The translations under genes and the position numbers were made by a program. A stretch of DNA of 51,491 bases from a virus (lineage: Duplodnaviria; Caudoviricetes). Below are positions 17,896 to 26,894 of the stretch, piece after piece; the stretch's first letter is position 1; every line of letters begins with the position of its first letter. A model generated the notes under the pieces. That model made no database searches. It saw only the letters and a list, made by a program, of their open reading frames with translations, and was not told the origin of the DNA. The stretch covers positions 1-51,491 of IMG/VR virus record IMGVR_UViG_3300033475_000033, one strand, 5' to 3'.

Positions 17896-17973
17896 AACAG
17901 GCGTTCGCGGAGCCCCGGAGACGGGGTTTCGCGGGCGCCTGCAGGCCTCACTTCACTTCACCTAGGGAGCACC

Positions 17974-18372
17974 GTGAACGAGATCACCACCCGCAGCGAG
18001 CAGACGCCGGCCGGGGCCGAGCCGTCGCTGACACTCAGCCAGTTGCAAGGCCTGCTGCGTGCCGCGGCGGAGTTGGAGCGGGCGCAGCGCCCGATCGTGC
18101 TGCACGCGCCCGCCACGGCCCCGCTGGCGGGCGATGGCGGCTCGATCCACGTCCGGATCCCCGCGCCGCCCGTCGCGGCCGACACACCCGCCCCCGTGCC
18201 GCGTGAGCGCAATCCGTGGCCGATCGCGTTCATGACCTCCGGCTGCACCGGTTTGGCCGCGGCGGGAACGGCGGCGGCGACCGGCAGCGGGTACGCGGTC
18301 CTCGCGTTCCTCGCCGCGGTCGCCGTGTGGGGCACCGCTGCGTATCAGCTCGTGTTCAACCGGGAGGGGTGA
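17974..18372 (+). CDS. SpdD-like spread membrane protein
   Basis: Pro-rich N-part, two C-terminal TM helices, downstream of traB. Confidence 0.6.
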   Translation: MNEITTRSEQTPAGAEPSLTLSQLQGLLRAAAELERAQRPIVLHAPATAPLAGDGGSIHVRIPAPPVAADTPAPVPRERNPWPIAFMTSGCTGLAAAGTAAATGSGYAVLAFLAAVAVWGTAAYQLVFNREG

Positions 18373-18581
18373 GCGTCGTGTTCGCTACGGTCCCGGTGCG
18401 CTTGTTCGTGCTGTTCTCGCTGCTCGCCCTGGCCGGGTTCGGGTTTGCTGCATGGAATGACGGAGCGCCGCTGGGCGTCCTGGTGGGGACGCTCGCGGCG
18501 CTCGCTGCCGGGCTGGCCGTGGCGGTCGAGGTGGACCGGGGCGAACCGGCCGCAGTCAGTCGCTACGGGTGTAAGCGCTGA
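18369..18581 (+). CDS. small 2-TM protein (Spd-like)
   Basis: GTGA overlap, GGAGG RBS, hydrophobic. Confidence 0.6.
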   Translation: MSVVFATVPVRLFVLFSLLALAGFGFAAWNDGAPLGVLVGTLAALAAGLAVAVEVDRGEPAAVSRYGCKR

Positions 18582-18813
18582 TCTCGCCGTTGCGGATGAA
18601 CTCGGCAAACCGGTGCGCGGTCTCCAGCACGGCGGCGTCGCTGGATCGCCTGCCCTCGTGGTGTTCGACCGCGAGCCGCAGCGCCTCGCGCCGCCCGAAT
18701 TGCGGCAGCGGCAGCGGGCGCTCGTCGTGGACGGGGATCCCGGCGGGCGGCCGCAGCGGCAGGATATCCGCACCCTGACCTTGCGTGGTCGTGTCGGGTG
18801 TCGTCATCGTCAT
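18556..18813 (-). CDS. hypothetical protein
   Basis: GGGAGA RBS; last gene of the early arm. Confidence 0.55.
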   Translation of the reverse strand: MTMTTPDTTTQGQGADILPLRPPAGIPVHDERPLPLPQFGRREALRLAVEHHEGRRSSDAAVLETAHRFAEFIRNGEISAYTRSD

Positions 18814-18917
18814 CGTGTTGTCTCCCATCGTCACGGGTCGCCGCTGGTCACGCAGCCAATCCAGGCCGCGCGCCGTGGGCACGAGCCCGATCGGCGCGTC
18901 AGGGTCGGCGGGCAGTC

Positions 18918-19415
18918 TCATTCCTGACCCTGCGGTAAGTTGAGGTCGCGTTGAGCCGAGGCCTCGTCTGCCGGCTGCCATCCCCCGACAAGGCTTGTCC
19001 GTCCGGCGGCGAGGAGTGTCTGCGCGCTGGCGTTGACGATGTTCCAGGCGGTGCTGTCGGGGTCGCGGGTGAGTTCGAATGTGGCGAGGCTGGCGAGGGA
19101 TTGGGCGATGAGCAGGATTGAGCGGTAGGCGTTATCGCGTTCGGCTTCCGCGCGTTCTGCTCGTGCGGCGTAGCTTCCGGCCGCCGCGTCGGCGGACTCG
19201 CGTTCGGCGTGCGCTGCGAGTTCGTCGCGCATCTGCCGGTGTTCGGCGAGGACGGCGCGGAGGTCTGCCACCTTGAGCCATTCGGTTTCGCGGCCGAGCG
19301 GGGAGACCCAGGCGATGACGTCGGACAGTTCCATGCGCATCACGGCACACTGGTGGTCGGCGGCGTCGAGGTAGGCCTGTACGCGCCCTGCTGCGGTGGT
19401 GTCGTGGTCGGTCAC
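18918..19415 (-). CDS. hypothetical protein
   Basis: GTGA overlap, GAGGAG RBS. Confidence 0.65.
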   Translation of the reverse strand: MTDHDTTAAGRVQAYLDAADHQCAVMRMELSDVIAWVSPLGRETEWLKVADLRAVLAEHRQMRDELAAHAERESADAAAGSYAARAERAEAERDNAYRSILLIAQSLASLATFELTRDPDSTAWNIVNASAQTLLAAGRTSLVGGWQPADEASAQRDLNLPQGQE

Positions 19416-19915
19416 GGCTGCTCCTCGAGGGTGTCGGTAAGCCAGCCGGGCAGCGCGGGCAGGCCGAGCGCTTCGGCGGTCTTGCTCGCGATCTCGTCGT
19501 TCTTGCCGACGAGGTTTCGCACGGTCGGTGACAGCCACAGGTGGTAGGCGCGGCTGGCTGTGTCGCGTGCTTGGTCGCGTTCGGCCAGCGCCTGATCCCG
19601 CTGGTCCACGGCCGCGTTGCCGTCGTCGGCGGCTTGTTCGAGTAGGGCGAGTCGGGCCGCGCTTTCGGTGCGGAGTTCTTTCACGTACGCCAGCAGTTCC
19701 GGGATGGCAGTGCGCGCCATCTCGATGAATGCGCCGACCGCGCGGTCTCCGATGCTGATGACGACCTCGTAGCCCTCTTCGGTGCTTTCGTCGGTGGCGA
19801 CGGTCCAGAGGTTTCCGGGGAAGCCGTCGCCTTCGAGTGCGTCGTGCAGCGTCCATGGGCCGGGGCGCGTGGCGTTCTCGCTCTCACGGATTTCGGCGAG
19901 TCGTTCGGGTGTCAT
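19412..19915 (-). CDS. hypothetical phage protein
   Basis: LAEIRE..ATRPGPW..FIEMARTAIPELL motif common in actinophages; coiled-coil. Confidence 0.7.
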   Translation of the reverse strand: MTPERLAEIRESENATRPGPWTLHDALEGDGFPGNLWTVATDESTEEGYEVVISIGDRAVGAFIEMARTAIPELLAYVKELRTESAARLALLEQAADDGNAAVDQRDQALAERDQARDTASRAYHLWLSPTVRNLVGKNDEIASKTAEALGLPALPGWLTDTLEEQP

Positions 19916-20044
19916 GTGTTGTCCTTCGGTCGGTGGTCAGTCGTCGGTGTGTGGCTGTGTGGCCCCGGGAGGCGGGCTCTGCTCGAATCTGGCGGGGTTT
20001 CAGGCGGCCCGGGCCCCCGGTGCCGTCCGGGGTGTGCGGGCGTC

Positions 20045-20299
20045 TCAGGCGCCCTGTGCGGCCTTCGCGCGGGCGTCGCGTCGGATCTCGCGCCGCTCGT
20101 CCTTCGACAGGCCGCCCATCACCCCGTCGTCGATCTTCCTTTCGATCGCCCACGCGAGGCAGGCGGCCTCGACGGGGCAGCGGTGGCACACGCGCTTGGC
20201 GGGCTCGGCGGACTGGCCGCGGTCGGGGAAGAAGTCCGGCAGCAGGCGCAGGGGGACCTGGCGGCAGGTGCCGGCGGACAGGTCGGGGACGGCGGTCAT
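20045..20299 (-). CDS. whiB: WhiB-family transcriptional regulator
   Basis: C..FFP..AKRVCHRCPVEAACL..GVMGG..ER. Confidence 0.9.
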   Translation of the reverse strand: MTAVPDLSAGTCRQVPLRLLPDFFPDRGQSAEPAKRVCHRCPVEAACLAWAIERKIDDGVMGGLSKDERREIRRDARAKAAQGA

Positions 20300-20532
20300 C
20301 GGATCCACCCGTTGCGCAGGGCGATGGCGACGAGGTTCGTGGCCGAGACGGCGCCGACGCGGTTGAAGATGCGGCTGACGGTGGTGTTCATGGACATGGG
20401 CTGGAGGCCTACGGCGCGGGCTGTTTGGGCTCGGGTGTCGCCGTCGGCGAGGTGGCGCACGATCGAGAGTTCGATCGGGTTGAGGGGGCAGGCGCGGAAG
20501 GTCTGCCGGGGCTCGGTGTCGGTGATGGTCAC
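20296..20532 (-). CDS. LuxR-type HTH protein
   Basis: LNPIELSIVRHLADG..IFNRVGA..LVAIALRNGWI. Confidence 0.8.
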   Translation of the reverse strand: MTITDTEPRQTFRACPLNPIELSIVRHLADGDTRAQTARAVGLQPMSMNTTVSRIFNRVGAVSATNLVAIALRNGWIR

Positions 20533-20861
20533 GGTGTGTGCTCCTTGTCGGCGAGGTGGCGTTCGACGGTGCGGTGGCAGCAGCCGATGAGGTCGGCGAT
20601 CTGGCGGCGGGTGAGGCCGCGGCCGGAGAGTTCGCGGATGGCGGCGGCGCGTTCGGGGGCGGTGAGGTCGCCGCGCCAGCCTGCGACAGCGCGGTGGATC
20701 GCGGCTTCGTCGCAGGCGGCGTATCGGCCGTGGCGTGGTGGCGGGGGGTCGCCGGGTGTGCCGTGGTAACTGCCCCGGTCGTAGCAGGGGCTGCAGAGGT
20801 CGTAGGCGTGGCAGGGGCGGGTGCGTCCACAGCTGCGGCAGCTGATCAGGCGGCGGGTCAC
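20529..20861 (-). CDS. Zn-finger plus HTH protein
   Basis: CRSC..CSPC; LTRRQIADLIGCCHRTVERH. Confidence 0.7.
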   Translation of the reverse strand: MTRRLISCRSCGRTRPCHAYDLCSPCYDRGSYHGTPGDPPPPRHGRYAACDEAAIHRAVAGWRGDLTAPERAAAIRELSGRGLTRRQIADLIGCCHRTVERHLADKEHTP

Positions 20862-20928
20862 ATTGGCCTGCCGCAGAGTGCGCAGTGTCCGGTGCCGTCG
20901 TCGACGTGACGGTGCGGGAACGAGGCGG

Positions 20929-21675
20929 TCATGCGAGAACTCCCTGCGCGAGCCGTCGGGCGGCTTTCTCGATCTGCTGTTCGTCGATCTCGATGCCGAT
21001 GGCGCGCCGGCCACTGCCGCGGGCGGCTTCGAGGGTTGAGCCGGATCCGGCGAACAGGTCCAGGACGACGCCGCCCTCCGGGCAGCCGTAGCGGATGAGC
21101 GGGTCGAGGATGCCGACCGGCTTCTCTGTCGGGTGGATTGAGCGCTGGCGCATGTTCGCGGCCTTGATGATCGAACGCGTCAGCCGCATCCCGTCGTCGG
21201 CGTATTGCCGTGTGGCGGCTTCCCCGAGGTGGGCACCTTTGCTGCCGCCCTTGGATCGGCGGCCGTTGTTCGCGCCGTGCCACGCTTCGCGCGGGGTCTC
21301 GTGGTGCACGCTGGCCCATGCGCCCTGGTACCAGTGCAGGGCGTGTTCGTGGATGCGGCGGAACCGGTCGGCGGCGAGGCTTGTGCCGATCGGCTTCTCC
21401 CACACGATGTCTTGGGAGAGTTTCCAGCCGCGGCCGGTGAACTGGTCGCGCCAGTCGAGGAACATGCGCATGGAGCCGAAGCACCACATGGAGCGGCTGG
21501 CGGCGACGGCGGTGTCGAGCCATTCGTCGACCCACCGGTCCCATGGCAGGCTCGTCTCGCCGTAGGGCGGGTCGGTGACGATCAGGTCGGCGGTGATGGC
21601 GAGTTCGGGCACGATTTCGCGGCAGTCGCCGTGGTAGAGGGTGACGGTGCCGTCGTCGAAGTAGGGCTCGGTCAT
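20929..21675 (-). CDS. DNA N6A/N4C methyltransferase (beta class)
   Basis: TDPPY before HPTEKP and VLDLFAGSGST. Confidence 0.92.
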   Translation of the reverse strand: MTEPYFDDGTVTLYHGDCREIVPELAITADLIVTDPPYGETSLPWDRWVDEWLDTAVAASRSMWCFGSMRMFLDWRDQFTGRGWKLSQDIVWEKPIGTSLAADRFRRIHEHALHWYQGAWASVHHETPREAWHGANNGRRSKGGSKGAHLGEAATRQYADDGMRLTRSIIKAANMRQRSIHPTEKPVGILDPLIRYGCPEGGVVLDLFAGSGSTLEAARGSGRRAIGIEIDEQQIEKAARRLAQGVLA

Positions 21676-21755
21676 GGTTCCTCCGTTTGCGGGGTCAGGT
21701 CAGGCTTCGATGGCGTGGTGGGGGTTCCAGTCAGGGTCGGTGTTGATCGCGACAG

Positions 21756-22205
21756 TCACGCGGCGTCGTGCGGCGTCCACGGCTTGCTGCGCCGGCCGGT
21801 GCTGCCCTCGGCGGCGCGCACCTCTGCGTCGGTGGCGTCGCGGTGGAGGTTGTGCTTGCGGTACCAGTCGGCGTTCTGGGTTTGCAGCCGCGCCATCCAC
21901 TGCGCGCGCGTCTCGTCGGGCCGCTGGTTGCGCGCGGCCGGGGCCTCGGGGATGTGCTCGGGCTCGGCGTACGCGATGGCGGCGGGCAGGCGCTCCTGGT
22001 CGGCGACGAGGGCGCGGATGTGCACGGGCATCAGGTAGGCGGTCGAGGTCGAGTAGTGGCGGACGACGGCTTGCGCGCAGGCTTCGAAGTCGAGGTCGCC
22101 GACGGCCTGGTGCCAGAACGCGATGTCGAGCTTGCCGACGCTGCGCTTGTCGGAGGCGGCGGCGAAGGTCAGGAGGTCGCTGATGTCGTCGAGGGTCATG
22201 CTCAT
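21756..22205 (-). CDS. helicase loader/inhibitor-like replication accessory protein
   Basis: AAASDKR..FWHQAV..AVVRHY..LMPVHIR; follows the initiator gene. Confidence 0.6.
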   Translation of the reverse strand: MSMTLDDISDLLTFAAASDKRSVGKLDIAFWHQAVGDLDFEACAQAVVRHYSTSTAYLMPVHIRALVADQERLPAAIAYAEPEHIPEAPAARNQRPDETRAQWMARLQTQNADWYRKHNLHRDATDAEVRAAEGSTGRRSKPWTPHDAA

Positions 22206-23095
22206 GGTTCGATCTCTCGGAAGACGGCGGGGCTGAGTTCGATGGGCGCGCCGTTGCGGGGGAAGGGTCCGCCGCGTGCGAGGTCGGCCTTGAGCTCTTG
22301 GAGGGAGGCTTGGGCCTGGGCGGCGCGCAGGTCGCTGGTGGCCGGCGTCATTGCGGCGGCGCGTGCGCCTACGGATTGCGGGTAGTCCTTCTCGGCGCGG
22401 CGGATCCAATTGCGCCAAGTCGCGGGCCAATCCCGTTTCACGGCGTTGGTTCCGGTCGCGGCCCGGAAATGGTCGATGAACTTGGCGGTCTCTTTTTCGC
22501 CGTTGACGTTCGGGAAGTTCTCTTCTCCCCATGCGACCATTTCGCGGGTGAGGCGGAAGTCGTCGGGGATGCGGGTGCCGCGGGCGGGTGGCGTCGCGCG
22601 CTTGCGCGGCGCGGTGCCTCCCTCACCCCTACGTACTTCAGCTGTAGGAGTAGTTGGTTCAATGACGGTTTGTAGGACGTGTGCGTCCGGTCTCGCTGCC
22701 GTGTATGACCGGTCGTAGATGTCCGGTCGGACGTCGGTGACCGGTCGTGCATGTCCGGCCGGACTTCCATGACCGGTCGTAGGCGTCCGGTCAGAATCGA
22801 CCGTTTCGCGCAGTTCCAATGCGAGGTCCCAGACGATCGGACGCTTCATCGGAGGCAGGTGCGCGACCAATCGCTGATCTCCCCGACGAATCAGATTGAG
22901 CTTTTCCAGCTCCGCCAGATCCCTGCGAACCTGCCTATCCGTCTTTCGCGCATAACGGCTTAGAGTCGCCTGAGCGATGAATACACCGCGGCCTTGATGG
23001 TCCGCGTGATTGGCAAGCCCCATCAGCGTGCCGAAAGCGTTCGCCGGCAGTCCGGGTGCGTCGTTCAGGACCCAGGCCATCGCTTCGAGGCTCAC
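22202..23095 (-). CDS. replication initiator (N-terminal wHTH)
   Basis: MSLEAMAW..LANHAD..TLSRY..VRRDLAELE; C-terminal FIDHF..DWPATWRNW; internal iterons. Confidence 0.85.
   Translation of the reverse strand: MSLEAMAWVLNDAPGLPANAFGTLMGLANHADHQGRGVFIAQATLSRYARKTDRQVRRDLAELEKLNLIRRGDQRLVAHLPPMKRPIVWDLALELRETVDSDRTPTTGHGSPAGHARPVTDVRPDIYDRSYTAARPDAHVLQTVIEPTTPTAEVRRGEGGTAPRKRATPPARGTRIPDDFRLTREMVAWGEENFPNVNGEKETAKFIDHFRAATGTNAVKRDWPATWRNWIRRAEKDYPQSVGARAAAMTPATSDLRAAQAQASLQELKADLARGGPFPRNGAPIELSPAVFREIEP
22685..22792. repeat. iterons, likely origin of replication
   Basis: TGACCGGTCGT at 22706, 22738, 22770 and GTCCGG at 22721, 22753, 22785 (32-bp period); AT-richer tract 22630-22675. Confidence 0.75.
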
Positions 23096-23133
23096 GCGGT
23101 CGCTCCTTCGTTCGTTCGGTGGTGTCGGGACGG

Positions 23134-23793
23134 CTACAGGGCGGCCGAGGCGGCGCGGGCGGCGAGCTGCTCGAGCAGGTGCGCCCCGACCACGCGCGTG
23201 TAGGCGGGCGGGATCGCCTGGGCTAGGCCGTCACGGGTCATCCAGTCGATCCCCATGGCTCGCTCCCAGTCGGCCTTCGTGGCGACCTCGCCGCGGGCCA
23301 TGCGCGGCCCTGACGGCTCGCCGTGGCCGGCCACTGTGATCGGCGTGATGGGGTGCCAGCAGGCGGCCCGGACCTGGAAGGCGCACCAGGAGGTCTCGAA
23401 CCAGCGTTCGCGCTTGAGCTCGGGCAGCCCCGCGATGCACCCGCACAGGATGATGTCGGGCCGCAGCGGGGCGCCCGGGACGTTCTCGATGACCCACGGA
23501 ATCGTGGTGGCCTCCAGCAGGCTGCGCAGCGGCCCGATCTGGTCTGGGTGGCCATCGCGGCGGTGGACCGGCGTCGCGCTGGAGTACCGCTTGCAGACGG
23601 GGCTGCCGTGTACAGCGTCGAACTCGCGCCAGTGCTCGGCGAGGTATTCGAGGGCGTCGCCCTGGTGGAACTCGAACGGGTAGCGGGGTTGGGGTTCGAT
23701 GTCGACTCCGACGACTTCGAAGCCGGCGTCGTGGTAGCCCTTGCCGGCACCGCCCTGCTTGCAGAAGAGGTCGAGCAGCCTTGGCCGGCTCAT
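23134..23793 (-). CDS. DNA cytosine-5 methyltransferase-like protein (short)
   Basis: LLDLFCKQGG, GSPVC, IENV, AQAIPPAY. Confidence 0.8.
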   Translation of the reverse strand: MSRPRLLDLFCKQGGAGKGYHDAGFEVVGVDIEPQPRYPFEFHQGDALEYLAEHWREFDAVHGSPVCKRYSSATPVHRRDGHPDQIGPLRSLLEATTIPWVIENVPGAPLRPDIILCGCIAGLPELKRERWFETSWCAFQVRAACWHPITPITVAGHGEPSGPRMARGEVATKADWERAMGIDWMTRDGLAQAIPPAYTRVVGAHLLEQLAARAASAAL

Positions 23794-24416
23794 CCCGCGG
23801 TCTCCGTCCCGTACGGCTGGATCAGTAGTTCGTCGTCGGCGATGCGGAGTGGTCCGGGTGCGGGCAGGGACCGGACGCGGGGCTGCTCGAGGGTGTTGCC
23901 GTCGCGGGTGGCGTAGGCGCGGACGGTGTCCTCGAGGCCGCGGATGCGCGCCTTGGCGGCGGCGAGCTTGGCTTCAGCCTCGTTGGCGCGTTGGGTTTCG
24001 GTGTCGCGTTCGAGTAGGAGGCGGGCGATCTCCTCCTGGACGGCGGCGGTGACGGGCGTCGGCTGGCAGGCGGCGAAGAATCGTGCCCGCAGGAATCTGG
24101 CCTCTTGCTCGCTGAACTCGCCTTCGAACTCGACGAACCCGGTCGGCTGGGCCTGGTCGTATTCGCTGTCGTCGCGGGGCTGCCACTTCCCGGCCTCGGC
24201 GGGCGATGGCTCGTGGTCGGCGGCGGCCTCGGTGAGGCCGTCGTGGGTCCAGCGGTCGCCCCACATGTGACTGGTGTTCCAGGTGATCGGCCCGGCGCAG
24301 GTGGCGCAGCGGGACCGGTCGCCTGGGGTGCGCTCTGGGGTCGGCTGGGGCGTCTCGTCGCACAGCGAGCCGGGCAGTCGCCTGCTGTCCCGTCGCCAGG
24401 GTGTCCAGCCGCTCAC
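23790..24416 (-). CDS. hypothetical protein
   Basis: 4-bp overlaps at both ends. Confidence 0.6.
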   Translation of the reverse strand: MSGWTPWRRDSRRLPGSLCDETPQPTPERTPGDRSRCATCAGPITWNTSHMWGDRWTHDGLTEAAADHEPSPAEAGKWQPRDDSEYDQAQPTGFVEFEGEFSEQEARFLRARFFAACQPTPVTAAVQEEIARLLLERDTETQRANEAEAKLAAAKARIRGLEDTVRAYATRDGNTLEQPRVRSLPAPGPLRIADDELLIQPYGTETAG

Positions 24417-24724
24417 TCGCCCACCTCCGACCGCCGGAACACGTCGAGCCAGAACCGCGGCGCGTCTGCCATGCCATACACGTTCAGGCCCGCGGCCTCG
24501 AGGGCTTCGATGCACCGGTCGAGGCGCTCATGGACGTACCGCTCGCGCTGGCCGTGCCAGGACACCTGCACGGTGGTGTGGTCGTCCTGGTGTACGGTCC
24601 AGCCGGGCGTGCGCGGCGGGATGATGCGGGTCGGCTCGCACGGGAGCGGCTTGGACTCGCGCAGCTTCGTCTTCCGCAGGATCGCGGCCACCTCCTCGAC
24701 GGTGACCGGCGTGAACTCGTTCAC
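24413..24724 (-). CDS. hypothetical protein
   Basis: Coupled; AAGGAGG RBS. Confidence 0.65.
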   Translation of the reverse strand: MNEFTPVTVEEVAAILRKTKLRESKPLPCEPTRIIPPRTPGWTVHQDDHTTVQVSWHGQRERYVHERLDRCIEALEAAGLNVYGMADAPRFWLDVFRRSEVGE

Positions 24725-24936
24725 TTCACTGCCTCCTTGATCGCCGCGTGCAGGATTCCCTCGGCCTTGGCGGCGGCGACGCCGAGCCGGTTGTGTTCGT
24801 CGGTGATCTGGTTGAGCTGCCGCCGCTTCTGCCTCAGTTCGAGGGCGATGGCGCGGACGGTCTCGGGTGCGGGGTCGATGAGCTGGTCGAGGTCGGCGAG
24901 GAGCTGGCCGAGTTCGGCATCGGTCACGTAGGTCAC
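24721..24936 (-). CDS. hypothetical coiled-coil protein
   Basis: GTGA overlaps, GGAGG RBS. Confidence 0.6.
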   Translation of the reverse strand: MTYVTDAELGQLLADLDQLIDPAPETVRAIALELRQKRRQLNQITDEHNRLGVAAAKAEGILHAAIKEAVK

Positions 24937-25100
24937 GGCGCCTCCCCGGTGTCGCGGCCCTTCGCGCGCCTGCGGTGTGCGGTGAGGGACCAGTCGTTGC
25001 GTTCGGCGACCTCGGCCGAGCGCTGGTTGCGTGCGGTCTTCAGGCGCCGGTTCTCGGCGGCGGTGGACTTGGCCTTCCGGCCACGGCGACGCTTCGTCAT
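24933..25100 (-). CDS. small basic protein (55 aa), not in ORF track
   Basis: AAAGGAGG RBS, MTKRRRGRKAK..., coupled to next gene. Confidence 0.6.
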   Translation of the reverse strand: MTKRRRGRKAKSTAAENRRLKTARNQRSAEVAERNDWSLTAHRRRAKGRDTGEAP

Positions 25101-25178
25101 GTCGCCTCCTTTCTGGCTGGTGGCCCGCTACCGTCGCTGGAGTGCGGCCAACGACGGCAGCGGGCGAACAAGGGTGGG

Positions 25179-26186
25179 CTACTTCCCGGACTTCGACTCC
25201 GCCGTCTCCAGGCGCGTCACCGGGCGGCCCATCAGGTCCACCTCGACGCAACCCGGCGCCTCGACACGCGGCGCCTTCACCTTGTCGCCGATCACAACGA
25301 GCTCCGCGAGCCGCACAGGGCACGCCAGGAACCGGGTCGCGGCCGGGTTGTAGTCGAACGTGTGGCCCGGACTCGGGCTGAAGTGCAGACCGTTCCCGCA
25401 CGCCTGCGTCGGCTTCCAGTCGGCAGCGGCCGGCGTGGCGCCCGGTGAGTAGTCCGCGCCGCGGGAGGTCGTGTACTGGTCGTTGACGCCCTTGTAGACG
25501 GTGACGATTCCCTCGGTGACGTCGAGGCCGTAGTACTCGGCCCAGTCGGTTGCGGTGGGGTCGGTCATGGGCTTGGGTTCGATGACGACGCCGCCGGTGG
25601 TGGTGGTGTTCGGGGAGTGCTTGTGGACGGCGACGTATTTGGCGGCGCTCACGCTGGCCGAGCCGTACGCGCGCACGCTGGCCGAGCCGGACGCGCTCAC
25701 GCTGGCCGAGCCGGACGCGCTCACGCTGGCCGAGCCGTACGCGCTCACGCTGGCCGAGTCGTACGCGCTCACGCTGGCCGAGCCGTACGCGCGCACGCTG
25801 GCCGAGCCGTACGCGCGCACGCTGGCCGAGTCGTACGCGCGCACGCTGGCCGAGCCGTACGCGCGCACGCTGGCCGAGCCGGACGCGCTCACGCTGGCCG
25901 AGCCGTACGCGCGCACGCTGGCCGAGTCGTACGCGCGCACGCTGGCCGAGCCGTACGCGCGCACGCTGGCCGAGCCGGACGCGCTCACGCTGGCCGAGCC
26001 GGACGCGCTCACGCTGGCCGAGTCGTACGCGCTCACGCTGGCCGAGCCGGACGCGCTCACGCTGGCCGAGCCGGACGACGAGATCTCAAACTCGCCATCC
26101 CCGTCCAGGTGGATACAGGCGCCGCGCCCGGCGCTGCTGAGCGCCTCGTCGAGCTGGTCCTGGGTGGTGACATGAATGCAAGACAC
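25179..26186 (-). CDS. octapeptide-repeat protein with DUF7666-like C-terminal domain
   Basis: 18 x (S/Y)(G/D)SASV(S/R)A; C-terminal VYKGV..CGNGLHF..KVKA. Confidence 0.75.
   Translation of the reverse strand: MSCIHVTTQDQLDEALSSAGRGACIHLDGDGEFEISSSGSASVSASGSASVSAYDSASVSASGSASVSASGSASVRAYGSASVRAYDSASVRAYGSASVSASGSASVRAYGSASVRAYDSASVRAYGSASVRAYGSASVSAYDSASVSAYGSASVSASGSASVSASGSASVRAYGSASVSAAKYVAVHKHSPNTTTTGGVVIEPKPMTDPTATDWAEYYGLDVTEGIVTVYKGVNDQYTTSRGADYSPGATPAAADWKPTQACGNGLHFSPSPGHTFDYNPAATRFLACPVRLAELVVIGDKVKAPRVEAPGCVEVDLMGRPVTRLETAESKSGK
25644..26075. repeat. 18 x 24-bp coding tandem repeat
   Basis: CACGCTGGCCGAGYCGKACGCGCK units without spacers. Confidence 0.95.
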
Positions 26187-26295
26187 GAGGGGATCCTTAG
26201 GTTGGTTGGTGTCCGGTGTCCCGCCACGGTTCGTGCGCGGCGGGACACCGGCGTTTCGGGGGGCTGCCGCCGGAGGAGAGTCGACGGCAGCCAAG

Positions 26296-26826
26296 TCAGC
26301 GCGTGGACAGGCCGGTCTTCACGGCCTTCGTCACCACGTCGGCGATCGATCCGCCGATCTCATGGGCGACCACCTCGCGGGCCACCTTCACGGCCTCGGC
26401 GAGCTCCGCCTGGAACGCCTCCATGACCGCCTTGCGGATCGCCGCCTGGAGGTGCGTGCCCTTCTCTCGCGAGTACCGGTCGACCGGCTGCTCCCAGATC
26501 TTCCGGGCCTCCTCGAGGATCAGCTCCCGGAGAGTGGTCTCCTTGCCGATCGGCTCGCCGTAGCTGTTCGTCTTCACGATCGGCGTGGCGATGGCCTCCG
26601 CGAGGGTGGGGGCGATGGCCTTGCGGATCTCCTCGTCGCGGATGTCCTTCACGCGCTGCTTCAGCGAGTCGGAGTAGTCGCCCTTCGCGGCCTGGTTGAC
26701 GAGCGCCGCGACGACGGCATCGGCGACGGTGCGGCCACCGATGCGGTCGCCGTCCTCGTCGTAGTAGGCGCTGATGTATTCGTTCAGGTCGATCTGGGAG
26801 GCGTCGACGTTCACAACGATGTCCAT
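26296..26826 (-). CDS. hypothetical protein
   Basis: AAGGA RBS; TNSYGEP motif. Confidence 0.7.
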   Translation of the reverse strand: MDIVVNVDASQIDLNEYISAYYDEDGDRIGGRTVADAVVAALVNQAAKGDYSDSLKQRVKDIRDEEIRKAIAPTLAEAIATPIVKTNSYGEPIGKETTLRELILEEARKIWEQPVDRYSREKGTHLQAAIRKAVMEAFQAELAEAVKVAREVVAHEIGGSIADVVTKAVKTGLSTR

Positions 26827-26894
26827 GGGAATGTCCTTCTGGGAAAGTGGTTGGTAGGGCGCGCCGCGAGTGGAAGGCGCGGCGCGCCCGTTGG

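Larger units (their letters stand above)
14395..18581. mobile_element. Streptomyces plasmid/AICE-type transfer (tra/spd) cassette
   Basis: Regulator, DUF2637-like, FtsK/TraB and two small membrane genes; opposite strand to the flanking phage genes. Confidence 0.7.

Noticed and set aside
10699-18581. Independent AICE integrated into the phage, using the tyrosine recombinase as integrase
   Set aside because: No AICE Rep or excisionase seen, no flanking direct repeats noticed, and phage-type genes are interleaved
20929-23793. Restriction-modification system
   Set aside because: No adjacent restriction nuclease; orphan methyltransferases are common phage anti-restriction genes
25644-26075. CRISPR array or DGR template/variable repeat
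   Set aside because: Units abut with no spacers, are in-frame coding, and no cas or reverse transcriptase gene is visible
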